A stretch of 64,000 bases of DNA from Eutreptiella sp. 'Long Island Sound 2002' (lineage: Eukaryota > Protista > Euglenida), in assembly GCA_964036045.1 (NCBI GenBank), contig OZ038378.1, positions 108,810,001 to 108,874,000 of the forward strand, written 5' to 3'. The notes below the pieces were generated by a model. It worked only from the letters and a program-made list of their open reading frames with translations. It was not told where the DNA came from and did no database searches. Of this stretch, positions 37,056 through 50,878 are shown piece after piece. A program made the translations under genes and the position numbers. Each line of letters starts with the position of its first letter. The stretch's first letter is position 1.

Positions 37056-40000
37056 TTGCAAAACAGTAATATCAAAAAGGATGAGCTTTGTCTCATTCTT
37101 TTGGCTGAATCTGGAAATACACCCCTGTATATGCGTGTTCCTGGAAAAGAAGGAGCCAAAGCTCATGGTTTTGGCCAAGTTCCTCTTTGCACATCCCACT
37201 TATTGCCCTCGCAGCTGGCTGCTTCCAAGGTAGACGAGACGTGTCTCATTTGTCGTGACAATCCCTGAAAGGCTTCCAATACCAAGTTGCAGGGCTAGTA
37301 CACGGACTATATTCTTGGTCGGCCATGCACTATTGGCTATGCGTGGGCTTATGGACATCGGCATGGTATCTTTCTCCAACAATCTCGCGTTGGCATTGTC
37401 CATTTGCTTACTTACCTTTAGATCGGGCCCCTTTCTATACCGGTCCCCTGCTCAAGTATGGCTTGATGGTGACATTATGGATGCAACGCCGTTCGTTGCC
37501 TTCCTCACTGGCAACACATACAGGACTAAGGATGACTTTCTGGATGCCGTTAATCCTGGGGGTCACCCGGCCGAGTTTCTTTGTTTTGCTTTGTCACTTC
37601 GTTTAAACAAAGATACCCGCCCTACACTAAAGACGTTTCTTCGGCAACTTAAGTTGCTGCGCAGCGTCAAGCGCACCGCTAGGTGGTTCGGTCTAGCAGC
37701 TTAGGAGGTACATAATTTGTACCGTGTGATGTTGGTGCGTTGTCGTCCTTGTGTTGACTTGTTTCGTCACGACAAGGAAATTGCTCCCACTCGGAGCGTT
37801 GGATGCAAGCTGGCACACTTTGTTTTATGTGCTCCACGTGCACCTTCCAACCATCTCGCGTTGGCATTGTCCATTTGCTTACTTACCTTTAGATCGGGCC
37901 CCTTTCTGTACCGGTCTCCTGCTCAAGTATGGCTTGATGGTGACATTATGGATGCAACGCCGTTCGTTGCCTTCCTCACTGGCAACACATACGGGACTAA
38001 GGATGACCTTCTGGATGCCGTCCATCCTGGGGGTCACCCGGCCGAGTTGCTTTGTTTTGCTTTGTCACTTCGTTTAAACAAAGATACCCGCCCTACACCA
38101 AAGACGTTTCTTCGGCAACTTAAGTTGCTGCGCAGCGTCAAGCGCACCGCTAGGTGGTTTGGTCTAGCAGCTTAGGAGGCACATAATTTGTACCGTGTGA
38201 TGTTGTTGCGTTGTCGTCCTTGTGTTGACTTGTTTCGTCACGACAAGGAAATTGCTCCCACTCGGAGCGTTGGACGCAAGCTGGTACATTTTGTTTTATG
38301 TGCTCCACGTGCACCTTCCAACAATCTCGCGTTGGCATTGTCCATTTGCTTACTTACCTTTAGATCGTGCCCCTTTCTATACCGGTCTCCTGCTCAAGTA
38401 TGGCTTGATGGTGACATTATGGATGCAACGCCGTTCGTTGCCTTCCTGACTGGCAACACATACGGGACTAAGGATGACCTTCTGGATGCCGTCCATCCTG
38501 GGGGTCACCCGGCCGAGTTGCTTTGTTTTGCTTTGTCACTTCGTTTAAACAAAGATACCCGCCCTACACTAAAGATGTTTCTTCGGCAACTTAGGTCGCT
38601 GCGCAGCGTCAAGCGCACCGCTTGGTGGTTTGGTCTAGCAGCTTAGGAGGCACATAATTTGTACCGTGTGATGTTGTTGCGTTGTCGTCCTTGTGTTGAC
38701 TTGTTTCGTCACGACAAGGAAATTGCTCCCACTCGGAGCGTTGGACGCAAGCTGGCACACTTTGTTTTATGTGCTCCACGTGCACCTTCTCGTGCAACTA
38801 GGGCACACGACTGTGCCGCAGCTTTGTGGGCGGTATGGAAGGCACTGAAATTTGTTTTATGGTTTGATACCTTCTATCGTCACCGTTTCCACCCCACCCC
38901 ACATGAGTCAAACACATCACTTCACTGTACGGCAATTGTTGTAGCTCTTGGTCGCAAGGCAATTGAGTTTTTGTGGGGTTTTCCATCCCTTCCCACACTA
39001 CAAGCTTCTACTGCCCAGGCGGGCAAGTTGTTTACTACCACGCAGTCGGTCTTCATGTCAGCACCGTCTGACCTTATGGAAGACGACATACCCCCCCTAT
39101 ACATCTGTTGTCCGTTGGATGTTCGACCAATGGCTGTGCAGAGCACCCAATGGCATCCGATCATGCTTTCGGAACTTCAGTCATGAACGCAGTTAGATTC
39201 GCTTGGAGTGGTATTAGCTGTGTCTGAAATACGGGACCACACTTCTTGTGTGCTCCCAATACTCATCCATAAAAAGATACACTACAATATCATGAAGACG
39301 ATATATAGGGCCTCATACCGTGCGTACAATGTGTGTCACAAGCTTTTTGGAACCCCCGTGGTGTACGGCATATGGCACCCACATAAGTACACGGTTGCTG
39401 TCACATATCGCCTCTTTTTCCCATTGATGGTGGCATTTAGTCATGGTACTGGCAGCCGATATCTTGGTGTATGCATTCTTCAAGTTGATCTTCCTGAAGC
39501 TTATGCTCCCATGTTTGTTTGTGTCTACCTCCCAGTAGAAGATACGGATACAGCAGAAGCTGGGGTTGCTATGTGGTTGGTGCCTTCCCCGAATGTGGGC
39601 ATCCTCGAATGCCGGTCGGCTACTAGGTCAGGCACACACTGTGTATAGTATTCTCTTTGAATGTACACCAGCACTATTCCTCATCGAGTACTTGGTTCAC
39701 GAGTGTGGCTGGTGTGCCTATTCCGGACAGGTTGCTCACAAGGTGTTCAGGTATTCCCATGTGGTGGTGACATATCCGCTGTATGAGTTTCATTACAACG
39801 TTCAGTACCTGAGGACACTAGGAAATGCTATGATGGTATCGGACAAAAGGCATGACGACTTAACTGGGCAATGTCACGTTGAGGAAAATTGTGAGGCATT
39901 GTTGGCAAGGCTTGTTGCTAGCATGCGCGCCAATCCCCAATGCAAATCGTTGGACACCGCATGTGATTTGTTTTTCCTTGAAAGCTGCAAAATTGCATGA

Positions 40001-40785
40001 TAGTATCATCCATTGGGGCTTGCATGAATATGTTGATTGAAATGTACATAAGGTTGTGGGATGTTTCTTGAGAGATACAGTTCCACCTATCATCTGGGAC
40101 GGCAATAAGACGGTGCCCAGACTTTGCCGATGCTATGGCCCTCAGTACCCCCCTTCCATGTACCGTGTACACCAACATGGTAATACATACCTTGTTTTCT
40201 CTCACCGGACCAGTGTAGCTGTCAGAAAATAGTGTGAGTTATTTGAACACGCATTTTCCAAATACCCCCCGGATCGGGCACAGCCGCGTGCTCGTGTGAT
40301 ACAGGCTTTTCGCAAATCCGTTCCTGCTGTGGTACTACCCAAGCGAAAACAACCGGCTTTAGCTCAATCGCAAAATAGGCCACAACAGCCACGTGGTGGT
40401 GGAAATGGTCCCCTCCCTCCCTTTAGACCACGGGCTCCGAATCGAGTGTGTGCTGCAATGCTTTCTGGGACTCATTTTCATGCTAACACATACGTCGGGG
40501 ACGATGTATTGCTGGTTCATGTGGGTGTGGCCCTACTGTCCGTTCACTCGTCCGATTTGACGGAGGTTGGTAACTATGTTATGCTCGAGGAGGAACGTTC
40601 CATGGTTGGGTCATCGGTTCTCAATGGTTAGCTCCGATAATCAGCAATCCATCCGGGAACGAGCCATGCCTCATTCTTTTTTGAAGAGCTACCTTTGCTA
40701 TACCCTTTTATTGCCGTTTTCCAATTTCCTTATACCGTTCGGTAGTGGATTTCTTCCCTTTGGCTCATTGCGGCTCACCCCATAA
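37056..40785 (+). pseudogene. Large degenerate transposase-like gene (DDE/Academ-like pattern, tentative)
   Basis: Colinear + strand ORF fragments: N-terminal Cys/His (PLCTSH, CLICRD), PLDVRP, IHKKIHYNIMKTIY, PVVYGIWHPHKY, HVEENCEALLARL. The spacing resembles the D...D..LY...G.FH...E pattern of Academ/DUF6589-type transposases. Confidence 0.45.
37375..38789 (+). repeat. Exact three-copy 471-bp (157-codon) tandem repeat inside the transposase-like gene
   Basis: Units start at 37375, 37846 and 38317; ORFs 37717, 38188 and 38659 recur with period 471. Confidence 0.97.
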
Positions 40786-43700
40786 CAGCTAGTAACGAGG
40801 AGACACCCCAACCGACGGACATTATTCTTAAGCCAGAGGAAACGGAAGACGACAAGCCGAGTTCTCTTACATAGGCTCTGCCAGCACGCAAACAGTTATC
40901 CGAAAAGACCAAGGTTTTCCGGCGTATGTGAAGCGGTGGACGGGGGGACGTACATTGGAAGATCCACATATTGGAGCTCGAATGGGATAGGGTAGGCAAG
41001 GTTGGACGGTCACGCCAAATGGACACCGACAATGTCGAGGCACAGTTGGAGTCACCACTGGCCAATCCCACGCATCAGCCACTGGATGCCACTGTCTAGA
41101 TGGATGAAGGTGGTGACATGCCCTCTGTTGTTTGCCACCGAACACTGCTGTACACGCGTGCCATAGGGGGGGTTCTTGCTTTGCAATTTTGTCGGCGGAA
41201 TGAGCTTTTGCTCACTCTTTTTGCAAAATGCTAATTTCTTGATGTGCCGACAACAGGCCCTTCGTCATTGCAAAGCAGCATCTCATCCAGGCTATACGAT
41301 TGTGGGCGACGGATAAATTAAAGCCGAAGGAGACACTACCCTCCCGGATGGCGACACTGAGTGGGAAGTGGTGAGCACGGAGTGTCCGCTGCTGATCTAG
41401 GAGATCATAGCTGCCATTTAGCACAGCATCAACACATTTTGCCTGCACTAGGTCGCTGAGAGGTCTGTCAGCTGGTAATCGGACTGCACCATGTAAGTGC
41501 TACGTCTATAAATTGGTTGATGTTTTGCTCGTGTACTCTGCAAGATCCAACGACAACTGGATGATCCTACTACTACGGACCCGCATGAGGCAGTGTACAT
41601 GGCATTTTAGAAGGTAGGGCTCATCAAAGCGAAAGTCACCATGATACCCCCCCCCCTCCCCCAAACAGCAGCGCCTCTTGATCTGCGCCGCTCTGTGGCT
41701 TACGCTCTGTGGCTTATGTGCCTCACAAGACAGTGTCTAGCAGACCTGGAAACCGTTGTATCAACTCGTCAGCCACACTGACAACGGAAAATCGGTAGCG
41801 CTGAGGTTGTACACCGAAAAGAAAAAAAAAGGTATTTTTGGACCTCGCTTCGACTGTTTGGAACTCTAATGAGCAATGCCTCATTCCTGCTTACTGCGTT
41901 TCTCAGACCTGACAATCAGATGCCTAAAGTACATCCTGGGACTCTACAGGGATCAGGCAGAGGGCATTTGCATCTAGGATCCAACAGTGCATCAGCGGCA
42001 AGCTTGGCAAAGCTCGTGAGGGGCCTGGGGGAAGACAGGCGGTGGAAGCTGGTTTTTATGCATCCTGGGAACCCGATGCTGCATCCAAGTAGAAGTGTGT
42101 CCGCAACAACCATGATAGGTTCGAAGACGTCTGGTGCAATCACCCCCCTCCCCCCCTGTTGTGATACTAGGAACGCCTGAGGAAATGGTGAAGGTGCGAC
42201 GCCTGGTGGGACCGGCAGCGGTAAAATGTCATGTGTGAAGATGGACCGCGTAGCAGGAGCTCAATATCCACCTTGGGAATCAATCAACAAAGTGCCAATT
42301 TGGGAAGGAGCGGAATGAGGCAGCCTCCGGAGCATTCTGGCAGGACTTGTGATGGAGCTTGACTGGAAGACCAGTTGCGAGGCTGTACACACAACGCACG
42401 TTCAAGACCAAGTTTTATGTGATGGTGACTCAATCGATGGACTACAAGTGATGTTCGTCCACATGGTCAAGCGGGCAAAGCCGGGGCCCTTCACGAACCG
42501 TCGCTTTGAAATGGTGTGCTTTGCAATCGGTCACAGTGGTGTTGCACTGGTGCAGGTTTCGATCTTTTGCAAATTAATGAGCCGTGGCTCATTCCGGGTG
42601 CCGAACCTGCCTGGTTAGTGCTTCAAAAGGCCTTTTATTGGCGTGTAGATCGTTTGTCGAGTTACAGCAAGATGAGGAGTTCTACCTGCACCCAGTGCTT
42701 CACCGGCGGCTTGGTTGTGCCAGGATTGCTAGCGGGAAGTGAGCTGTATTGTGTGTGAGTATAATATTTAACACTATGTATTTTTTTGGTTCGGCCAAAA
42801 GAGTGAGCCAAAGCTCATTCTTTTTTCCTTTTCTAATTTTTAGGCTATCTGATACACGATGCGAGACTGTATGGTTCAGTACTATTGTCATATTGCATTG
42901 CTGCCCTGTGTGCCCCGCGTGTTGTGTTCTTCCACCCGGATGTTGTGCAGATTTGCTGCTTGCTGAACAGCACATTCAAATGTTGACCCTCGTCCGTGAT
43001 GTGTGGTAATAGGGAAACAAGTTTGTGAGAAATGTGCACCAAAAATACTGGAAAAGGTTGAAAAACGCGCCATTCCGGTCTCTCATGTGCCTATTGTGGC
43101 ACCCCCCCCCCCCCCCTGCTCGACCCTGCCCGAAGAGCACATTTGCCCCCTTGTTTAGGGGTTCCGGGACTCCCCCCCCCCATGAAGTGCTGCTGCTAGG
43201 TCAAAATGAGCCCGTTGTTTAATGCCTTTACCAAACTAGGTGTTCATGACACATGCCAGAGAATGGGGTAGTCCGTTAGGGCCGCGTAAGAATGGGGACA
43301 ATGCTCTTTTTTTTTGGGCGGGGGTGCACTATGTGAACAAGGCCACCCCATTTGTTGTCGGGGGGGGGGGGGCTTGGTGGCAAGTGGTGCTCACCATGAT
43401 GAGGAACCCCCCCCTAGTTGAGGATGACCTTGTCCCACCTTTCCACTTGGGCCCCCCCTAAGGCCGTTGCCGCTTGAATATTTAGTCGGTAGTGGGGGAG
43501 AGGGCCACAAAAGTGGAGAGGTGGGGGTCCACCGACGCGCAGTCGGCTGGGGGAAGGACGTGGGGGCCGTCGAGGTGTGTGTGTCGGCAAGCCGATCGCT
43601 GGAATCCTCACCGGACACAATCATGCAAACCGGGTGCATAAGGTGAACGGATGCGCAGGGGTGAGGCATGCTGTCTTTGAGCTGACCCACAAGCTTTGTA

Positions 43701-45783
43701 AAAACATTATCCGCCAGGGGTTCTGTTTTGGTGGCCCTAGACGGGTAGTGTTGGGGCAGTAGCTTGTTGGCCAAAAATAACATCGAAAAACTGTGGAACC
43801 TTATCGACCCCCCCCCCCCCTACCGGCCCAAAACCTTCTCCACCCTTGCCCACGGCGTCTTGCAATCATCGCGGTCCAGAAGGTCCCCGTGGACCGTACA
43901 CCCCAAGCCGTCAGCAAAGTTGGCTGCCATCAGGGGGGGCGGGCGGGCTAGAGGGAGGGGTAATCGGTGGCATAGGCGCGGGAGGGGAGCCTCGGGCAAA
44001 GGGGCGGTGCGCAAAGTGGGTTCGGGGGTAAAAGGGGGTGGGGGCGGCCAATGCCCGTTACCAAATCAACCCAGGCATTCGGTGTGGGGTGGGAGTGGTG
44101 ATATTGGAGACGTAGTGGAGGGGGGGCATTTTGGGTCGGGAGGGGACGAGTCCCAAGTTATCCGCAATGGTCTGCTTGTCAAAGGGGAACGTATAATGGT
44201 CCCCTTGCGGACCATTACTCACCGGTAGGGTCATGCTCATTCAGGGCAATGGTTTCCATGTGTGGGGGGGGAGGGTGGCGGTGCGCCAACTTGGTGGTGG
44301 GGTAGGGGGTGCCGGTGCCACACGTCATTTTCCCCTGCCCATCGGTCAACATGATGCCCAAAAGGGAGTCGACTGTCTTAGGGGAGGGAATGAGGCGGAT
44401 GGCCTACAAATAGGGGAGGGAGGGGGGGCAGCTACGGCTTTTGCCGCGGCTGTGTTGCCCACGCCTTCTTGCGGAATGCACCCGCCCGCTCCGGATCCCA
44501 CATGTGGATGTGAATTAGGGTGGGGGGGGGGGTCCCAACCCTTTGCCCCGTCCACCACCTCCCCCACAAGCAGGCCTCCTGTGTAGGTGGCCTCATCGAG
44601 GGTGTGCGGGCGGAGTAGTAGGGCGTGGTATCGGGCGAGGGTGTCGGGGAGGGGTCGGTGAGGCTACCGACGTGGGAGATGGCGATTTGGGATCTTGCGC
44701 AGGAAATTGGAAAATTGGAGCTACACAAAGGAAAAAAAGCATGCAGAAGTGCGATTAGGAAAAAGAGAGTTTGTATTCGCGCAAAAAGTGCCCGATCTTT
44801 GCGCGAACACGAATGCAAATGAGATTTGCGAACCACACTGCGAACGAACAGCCGAATATGTGTGCGAATTTAGCGATTTGAGCAAATGTCGTATGCCATT
44901 TAGGCACTTCAAATTACATCCTGCGAGATTGGATTTTTCTTGAATTTCGGGTGAAGTAACCACGGCAAACGGGTGCAAAGGCGAAGAACCGAGGGGGAAA
45001 TGGGCAAAATATCATCAAAGTTACGAGCTCATTCAAAAGTGCGGTTCGCAAAGGGCAAATGTTAACCACTAAACCTGATTGTTGCAAGTTCCAAATTTCA
45101 ACAATATAAACCGATGGCACGCCATTTCAAGTGTGTCGTCGAAGATCTTTTGTTACATACGTTGTTGACATTGTGGTGGGTTACTAGTGCCACCAAACAA
45201 CTTTGGATGGAGACTAGGATGTCAGAGGTGTGGCCTCGGTTGTGCATGATTCCTCCTGGAACGTTTCATCTTGGAGTCGGGGTCGGAGGCATCCGTTACC
45301 TGAATCATAGCTATATTGCACTTTGGCAGTAGTGTCCATTGATACACAAGTGGCCCCTCATTTGATTGTGGCAGAGGTTTGCAATAAGGATAATATGCAT
45401 TGGGTGTTCCGCTTCCTGTTGGTTGCACCAACACGTGACTATTTGTGCCTTTTGTTGACGCTCTGTCTGGTGAGCTGGAGACAGTAGGTGCAAATATTGC
45501 AGATTTGGCCATAATAGAGTTGATTGCCGAGCAGGAAGGCATCTGCCTGTTCAAGTCTCGAACGCTAGTGTGATTGAGAGGATTGGGGCATGGTGGGTGA
45601 GAGCCTATCCATATACAGTTGTATACACATATATAAGGCCCTTACCCCCCGGCCCCCGCCAGCGCCAGCGGCGCGACGAAAGGACCTGTGCCCCGTTCCT
45701 ACCGTTTGCCGGCCCGCGCGGGCAGGGGGGTGCTTTTGAGCTTGGGCCTGACTCGGCAGGTCTAGCCATCAAGAGGGAGGGGG

Positions 45784-45844
45784 GCGCCCGTAGGTGTGGC
45801 TGTGGCGGGTTGGGCGCCCCCGCCACAGCCACACCTACGGGCGC
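45784..45844. repeat. Perfect 26-bp inverted repeat with 9-nt loop
   Basis: gcgcccgtaggtgtggctgtggcggg (45784-45809) and its exact reverse complement (45819-45844). Confidence 0.97.
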
Positions 45845-48771
45845 AAGCAGGGGAGCGCGCGGCCCAAGATGTGGGCACGGTCGTTCCCGGAGGTGTGCTG
45901 CGAGGGGCGCCGTTGGCCGTCTGCTCCACGTGCTGCACTGCTCCCCCGTGTTGCATTGTTGCGGCGGACATTTTCGGCCACACTCACTGCAGCGGCGCAA
46001 GCAGAAGGGACACAAGGTGAACTCCCTCCTCCCGGGGATTGTGAGCAGCAAGGAGCTGCACGGCGGCTTCCGGCTAGGCAGGATCCGGGTCCCTCCCTCC
46101 GAGAACAGGGGCAGTGAGGGTGCTGCACGGCAGAATGCGGGACAGCAGCGTGCTGCAAGGCGGGCTGTGCTACAGGCTCACGGGCAGACAAAGGCTGCTG
46201 CTCTGTGTGAGGGATGTCACGGAGAGGGCCAGGGTCAGGGACAGGGTGGTCACCCGTTCCCCCATGCGCGGCGCAACCCCCCCCCCCCCTACCATGGGTA
46301 GGCGGGGCAAGCAGAGGTGCGCCAGGCTTGCGCGCCCCCTTCACTGCCTCCTACCCTCACCCCCGCGTGGGAGGTGCCCATTGGGCGGGGAGGCTGTGGC
46401 CAGAATTGTGTATAGCGACCTAGTCGGCTATCAGACATCAGACATGAACCTTTTATGGACCGCCATCACCCAACCATGAACCCCCCTCCCCCAAACCCCT
46501 TGATTATGCACTTCATCAAACCCCACCCCCTCTCCCTAGCCGCTCTCCACATCAAAGTTCTTCACTGGAAAAAGCCCCCCCCGGGTGGCCGACCCATCCC
46601 TGCCCCCACCAGCGGCTGCTTTCAAGCTGCCCCCCCCACCAAGGAAAAAAGGTGTCACGGGAAACACAACCCCCCCCCCCCCCTCCGTTAGAAAAAAATT
46701 GCAAATTCCTGCATCTCACATTTGTTGTCGACAGCAGTGTATGTGACAACTTCAATTTGATTATGCAATACACCCTCGAAGTGTTTCGGTCGTTTGTGCT
46801 GACAATTTGCCTATGCAGAACGCCCCTGAGGTGTTTTCATTGTTTGCGGTCTAGGCCTTGGCGCCTATGACCGTAGACCCATTCAATGATGAACATGTTG
46901 ACAACGGCTGAGAAGGGGTTCTGACATGTTTGCTTCTCCAACCCATTGAAATTTGTTTACTGTGAGCCCCTTCAATGACGATACATGAAAGTTGCTCCGT
47001 CACGCGTGGGTCTGTGTGTGGACCTCTGCGGGGACCTTTTGCTTAGGCCCTGATCTGTGCGGACCGAGCTTTTGAAAACAGAAAAGACTTCGCGGCCGAG
47101 GAAAGGGACATGCGCTGCGATGCTGCCACTAGCAGTCAGTCTACGATGTCCGACCGAATGCGCACCATGTCCTCAAATGGCCAGCAAGCATTTTCAAAAC
47201 CCTTGTTTGTCAATGTCATGTGCAAGCAACATACGTCTGAGAAGGGGCTTTGCAGTGAATTTGAACTTGATTTGCTTCTTTAAACACAACCCTCTTACCT
47301 AGCCCTCAAGGCTCATTGCAATGTGCTGCACTTTGCTCTACTCACGCTCTGTTGTTCATTCCCAGGATGTGGTGACGACCATAAAAAACCCCCTGTCCTC
47401 TTCGTGTTACGTCTTGCCGTGCTTTGCCTTGTGCTATTTCTCCAGGAAGTATGGAAAATCATGCAGAGGAAACCATAGTGTAGGGAAAACACCCCCCCCT
47501 CCCCGTGCGCAATCGTATGAAAAAGCCTGCCTTGACTCTTTCAATGCAATGTGTCACATGGTGTGTTCAAAGAATGTATGTGTGTATGCGTTGTTTGATG
47601 TTCTTTGGCTTACCATGACCATTGTACTTATGGATCCGAATTTAATTGATACCAATTGCAATGGTCATAATGCTGTCCCTTGAGGTAGCAGGACCCGCCT
47701 GCAGTCTCAGCTGTGACGCTGTGACTACAGGTGATGTGTAGGTCATATGCACCCTCCCATTTGCCATTGTTTGCATTTTTTCCTGTTTGCAACCCCTTCG
47801 GTGATGATCTCATTCATTTCAGTACCCTGTGGGGTTGGTCTGCCGATGTTGGGTTTGTGCTGTGCCACAAACCCCTGCAGGGACCTTTTTCTTAGGCCCT
47901 GTTTCGTGTCGGCAAAGCGGTTGAGAAATGCACCGTTTTGTGCATTGGGAAGCGCCCCTTGTGGATTCTTCAACACATGGATGCACAGCACAGCATGCAG
48001 ACATTCAGCCCTTGTGCGCGCTGAGAAGGCCTGGTCCACTGGTCCACCGGCGTGCCATGCCATCAGCAAGCAGACAAGTACACTCTCCACCGCGGCCTTT
48101 GAGTGCCTTAGAGTGGCAGCCCCAAAATTCCACGTGCACCCACCGCGTGTTCCTAAGGGCTCCCCCACACGGTGTATCCGGCCTTCATATCCAAAAACAA
48201 GACATCTGAGAAGGGGCTCTGCTATGTGTCACGTTTGCTTCACAATTGAACACACTTTGTTGTATGGTGCCTTCTGCTTCGCTTTCATGTTGCTGTCCAC
48301 GTCCGTCTTCACGCAATCGGAAACAGATTGGAAAACGCCCCCCCCCCTCCCCATTCTGCAACCACATCTAAGAGCCTGCCCCCCCCCCGTTTGACAATAG
48401 CAAGGCGCATTCATCTAGTGCTCCCATGGTCCAACATGCCCCCTGGCCAATCCTCCATGCTCCTCTATACTTGACAATTTTTGTATGCCCACTACAACCT
48501 CCGAGTTGTAGTTTTTGCTACGTGGCCTCAACCTTAGCGTTGTAGTCCACTAAGCCGCTCTCCAACCGCTCTCTTCCCTTGCTCCTCAACCGCTCGCTTC
48601 CACTTATCACAAAACTTCCAAACCATGGCTCCAAAATGGGTCCCCAAGAGCAAGTATGGAGGTCCAAAGCCAAAGCCCAAGCCAAAGCCACAGGCAACGC
48701 CCCAGCAACCACCCGGGGATGCGGATTTCGTTATGGTCCCACCGCAACCATCTACACAACCACCACCACTG

Positions 48772-49350
48772 CGTGCCCTTGAGCCGCAGAAGTCTACCCC
48801 TGTCCCGGCCGTGGCGCCCGTCGACTCGGGCGCGCCACAGGGTGCCCAACGCGTTGCCCAGCGAATGCGTGCCCCTGAGCCGCAGCGGTCCGCCCCTGTC
48901 CCAGCCATGGCGCCGGACGACTCGGGCGCGCCAAAGGGTGCTCACCCCTTGGCCGAGCGAATGCGTGCACCTGCGCTACAACAGTCCGCCCCTGTGCCGA
49001 CCGTGGCGCCGGTTGACTCGGGCGCGCCACAGAGTGCTTAACCCTCTGCACAACCAATGCGTGCCCCTGAGCCGCATCAGTCCGATCATGTCCCGGCCGT
49101 GGCGCCGGTCGACTCGGGCACACCACAAGGTGCTCAACCCTCATCACAGCCACCGGGTGCCCTTGAGCGACAGCAGTCCATCACTTTCAAGGCAGTGCCG
49201 ACTGCTGCCTCGGGTGCGCCACAAGGCGGTCAACCCTCAACACAACCATTGTGTGCCGCTGAGCTACATCAGTCCACCCCTGTCCCGGCCATGGCGCCGG
49301 TCGATTCGGGTGCGCCACACGGTGCTCAACCCTCATCACAACCACCATGT
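48772..49350 (+). repeat. Coding minisatellite, ~6 x 96 bp (32-aa unit, e.g. MRAPEPQRSAPVPAMAPDDSGAPKGAHPLAER)
   Basis: atgcgtgc(c/a)cctg recurs at 48865, 48961 and 49057; PVPAVAPVDSGAP recurs in frame. Confidence 0.9.
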
Positions 49351-50878
49351 GCCGCTCCGCCACAGCCATCCCCCCAACTCCCACCGCGGCCAACACTGTT
49401 GCCCACTTCTGCCACATTGAACAACATGGACTATGGGCCCGATGACAACCTCGTGGAAGGGTTTACACAACGGTGGCTTCACCGCGACACGTTTGTGGCC
49501 AAAGCATCGGAGGTGTACACTTTCCATGAGATGGAGGCTGCTGAGGCGTGGGCAAACAAAAATGGCACGGAACGGAAGCTGGTGTTTGAGGAATGGTACC
49601 CCGAAGATGACGGCAATGGGGATGGGAATGTTCCCCAACAGCCACAATGGGCCTCCCAAATGGAGGTCTGGGGGAACAATGAGCTTAGTGATGGTGACAT
49701 GGTGCATGGCTAGATCGCTGCCAACCGCAACTGGGACCCCTCGAAACCAAACTTTCAGGCAAGGGTGCATGGTGATGGAATCTCAAGAGACTGGGTTTGG
49801 ATCAGCCGTGCTAATAAGCCACGCGCCAATGTCACTAGCATCTACTATTGTAAGGTTGTCCCTGACACAGCTGCCTTTCGCACCTTGCGTAGGGAGATCC
49901 AGCAAGGGTTACCATGGCCCAAAGCTGCTGGCAAACATCCACGCCGAACCAAGGGTCGCGCCTCCCTTGTCGAACAAGGACCGGGAGATCCTTAAACACC
50001 TTGTCCAATGCCACGCGCTGAACCCTTCAAAGGAGTTGGCCGTGCGTCAGGTACTGGACGAGTCATTCATCACAGCATTGATTGGAGGTGCTGGCACAGG
50101 GAAGTCGGAGACCTCGGTGGCATGCATCAAAGCCGTGCTATGGCAGCAAGGCCTCCTTGTCGCCCAGAACCGCGATCCTGCTAACCTGGGCACAGTCAAT
50201 ATAGGCAAGCAGGTGGGGGGACCTGTGGGAGATACTCCATGTGTGCTGATGACTGCACCCACCAATGCACACGTCCACAACTTGTTGACACGCGTGCATG
50301 AGGAGTGTCATAACGAAACTGTGTTTCGTGACAGGGTGCTCGGCGACCATCCAGCACCCTGGTTGCGACTCCGTGCCCAACGGGCTACTGCCCCACCAGG
50401 GCTGGCGTCCTTTGACCCGCTGAAGGTGCAGGCCACCTTGGGGAACACCCCAGGTTGTAAGGCTACCCTCAAATGTGACCTTAACTCCTGTCGTGTGCTG
50501 TTTGCCACGGCTGGGATGGTTGCTAACCGGCACAAGCTGCTGCTTGGGGCTGCAGCAGGGAAGCAACAAACCAGGTTTGCGTTTAGCTTTGCGGATGAGG
50601 CGTCCAGGCAGAGCATCCCAGTGGGCTTGGACTTGGCAACCATGGGCAGCCAACGTCCGTTTTGTGGTGATGTTGGGCAGTTGCGGCCCTGCAGCCATGT
50701 CCAGCTTTTGGCAAGTGCTTGTGAGGGTGAAGTAAACGCCAAAGCAGTGGCATGTCCATCGGATCATACCTTCAAATACAACAATGTTCAGAGGCAATCT
50801 CCCAGCCCTCAAGTGCATTGGCATGATTCGCACCGGTTTTGCACCACCAGCACCTTGCGATTCTTTTTGATTTTAGCA

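Noticed and set aside
40775-44600. Minus-strand protein-like fragments (41212-41448, 41916-42143, 43391-43783, 44058-44240)
   Set aside because: Probably decayed coding DNA, but no family motif was recognised and the fragments could not be linked reliably.
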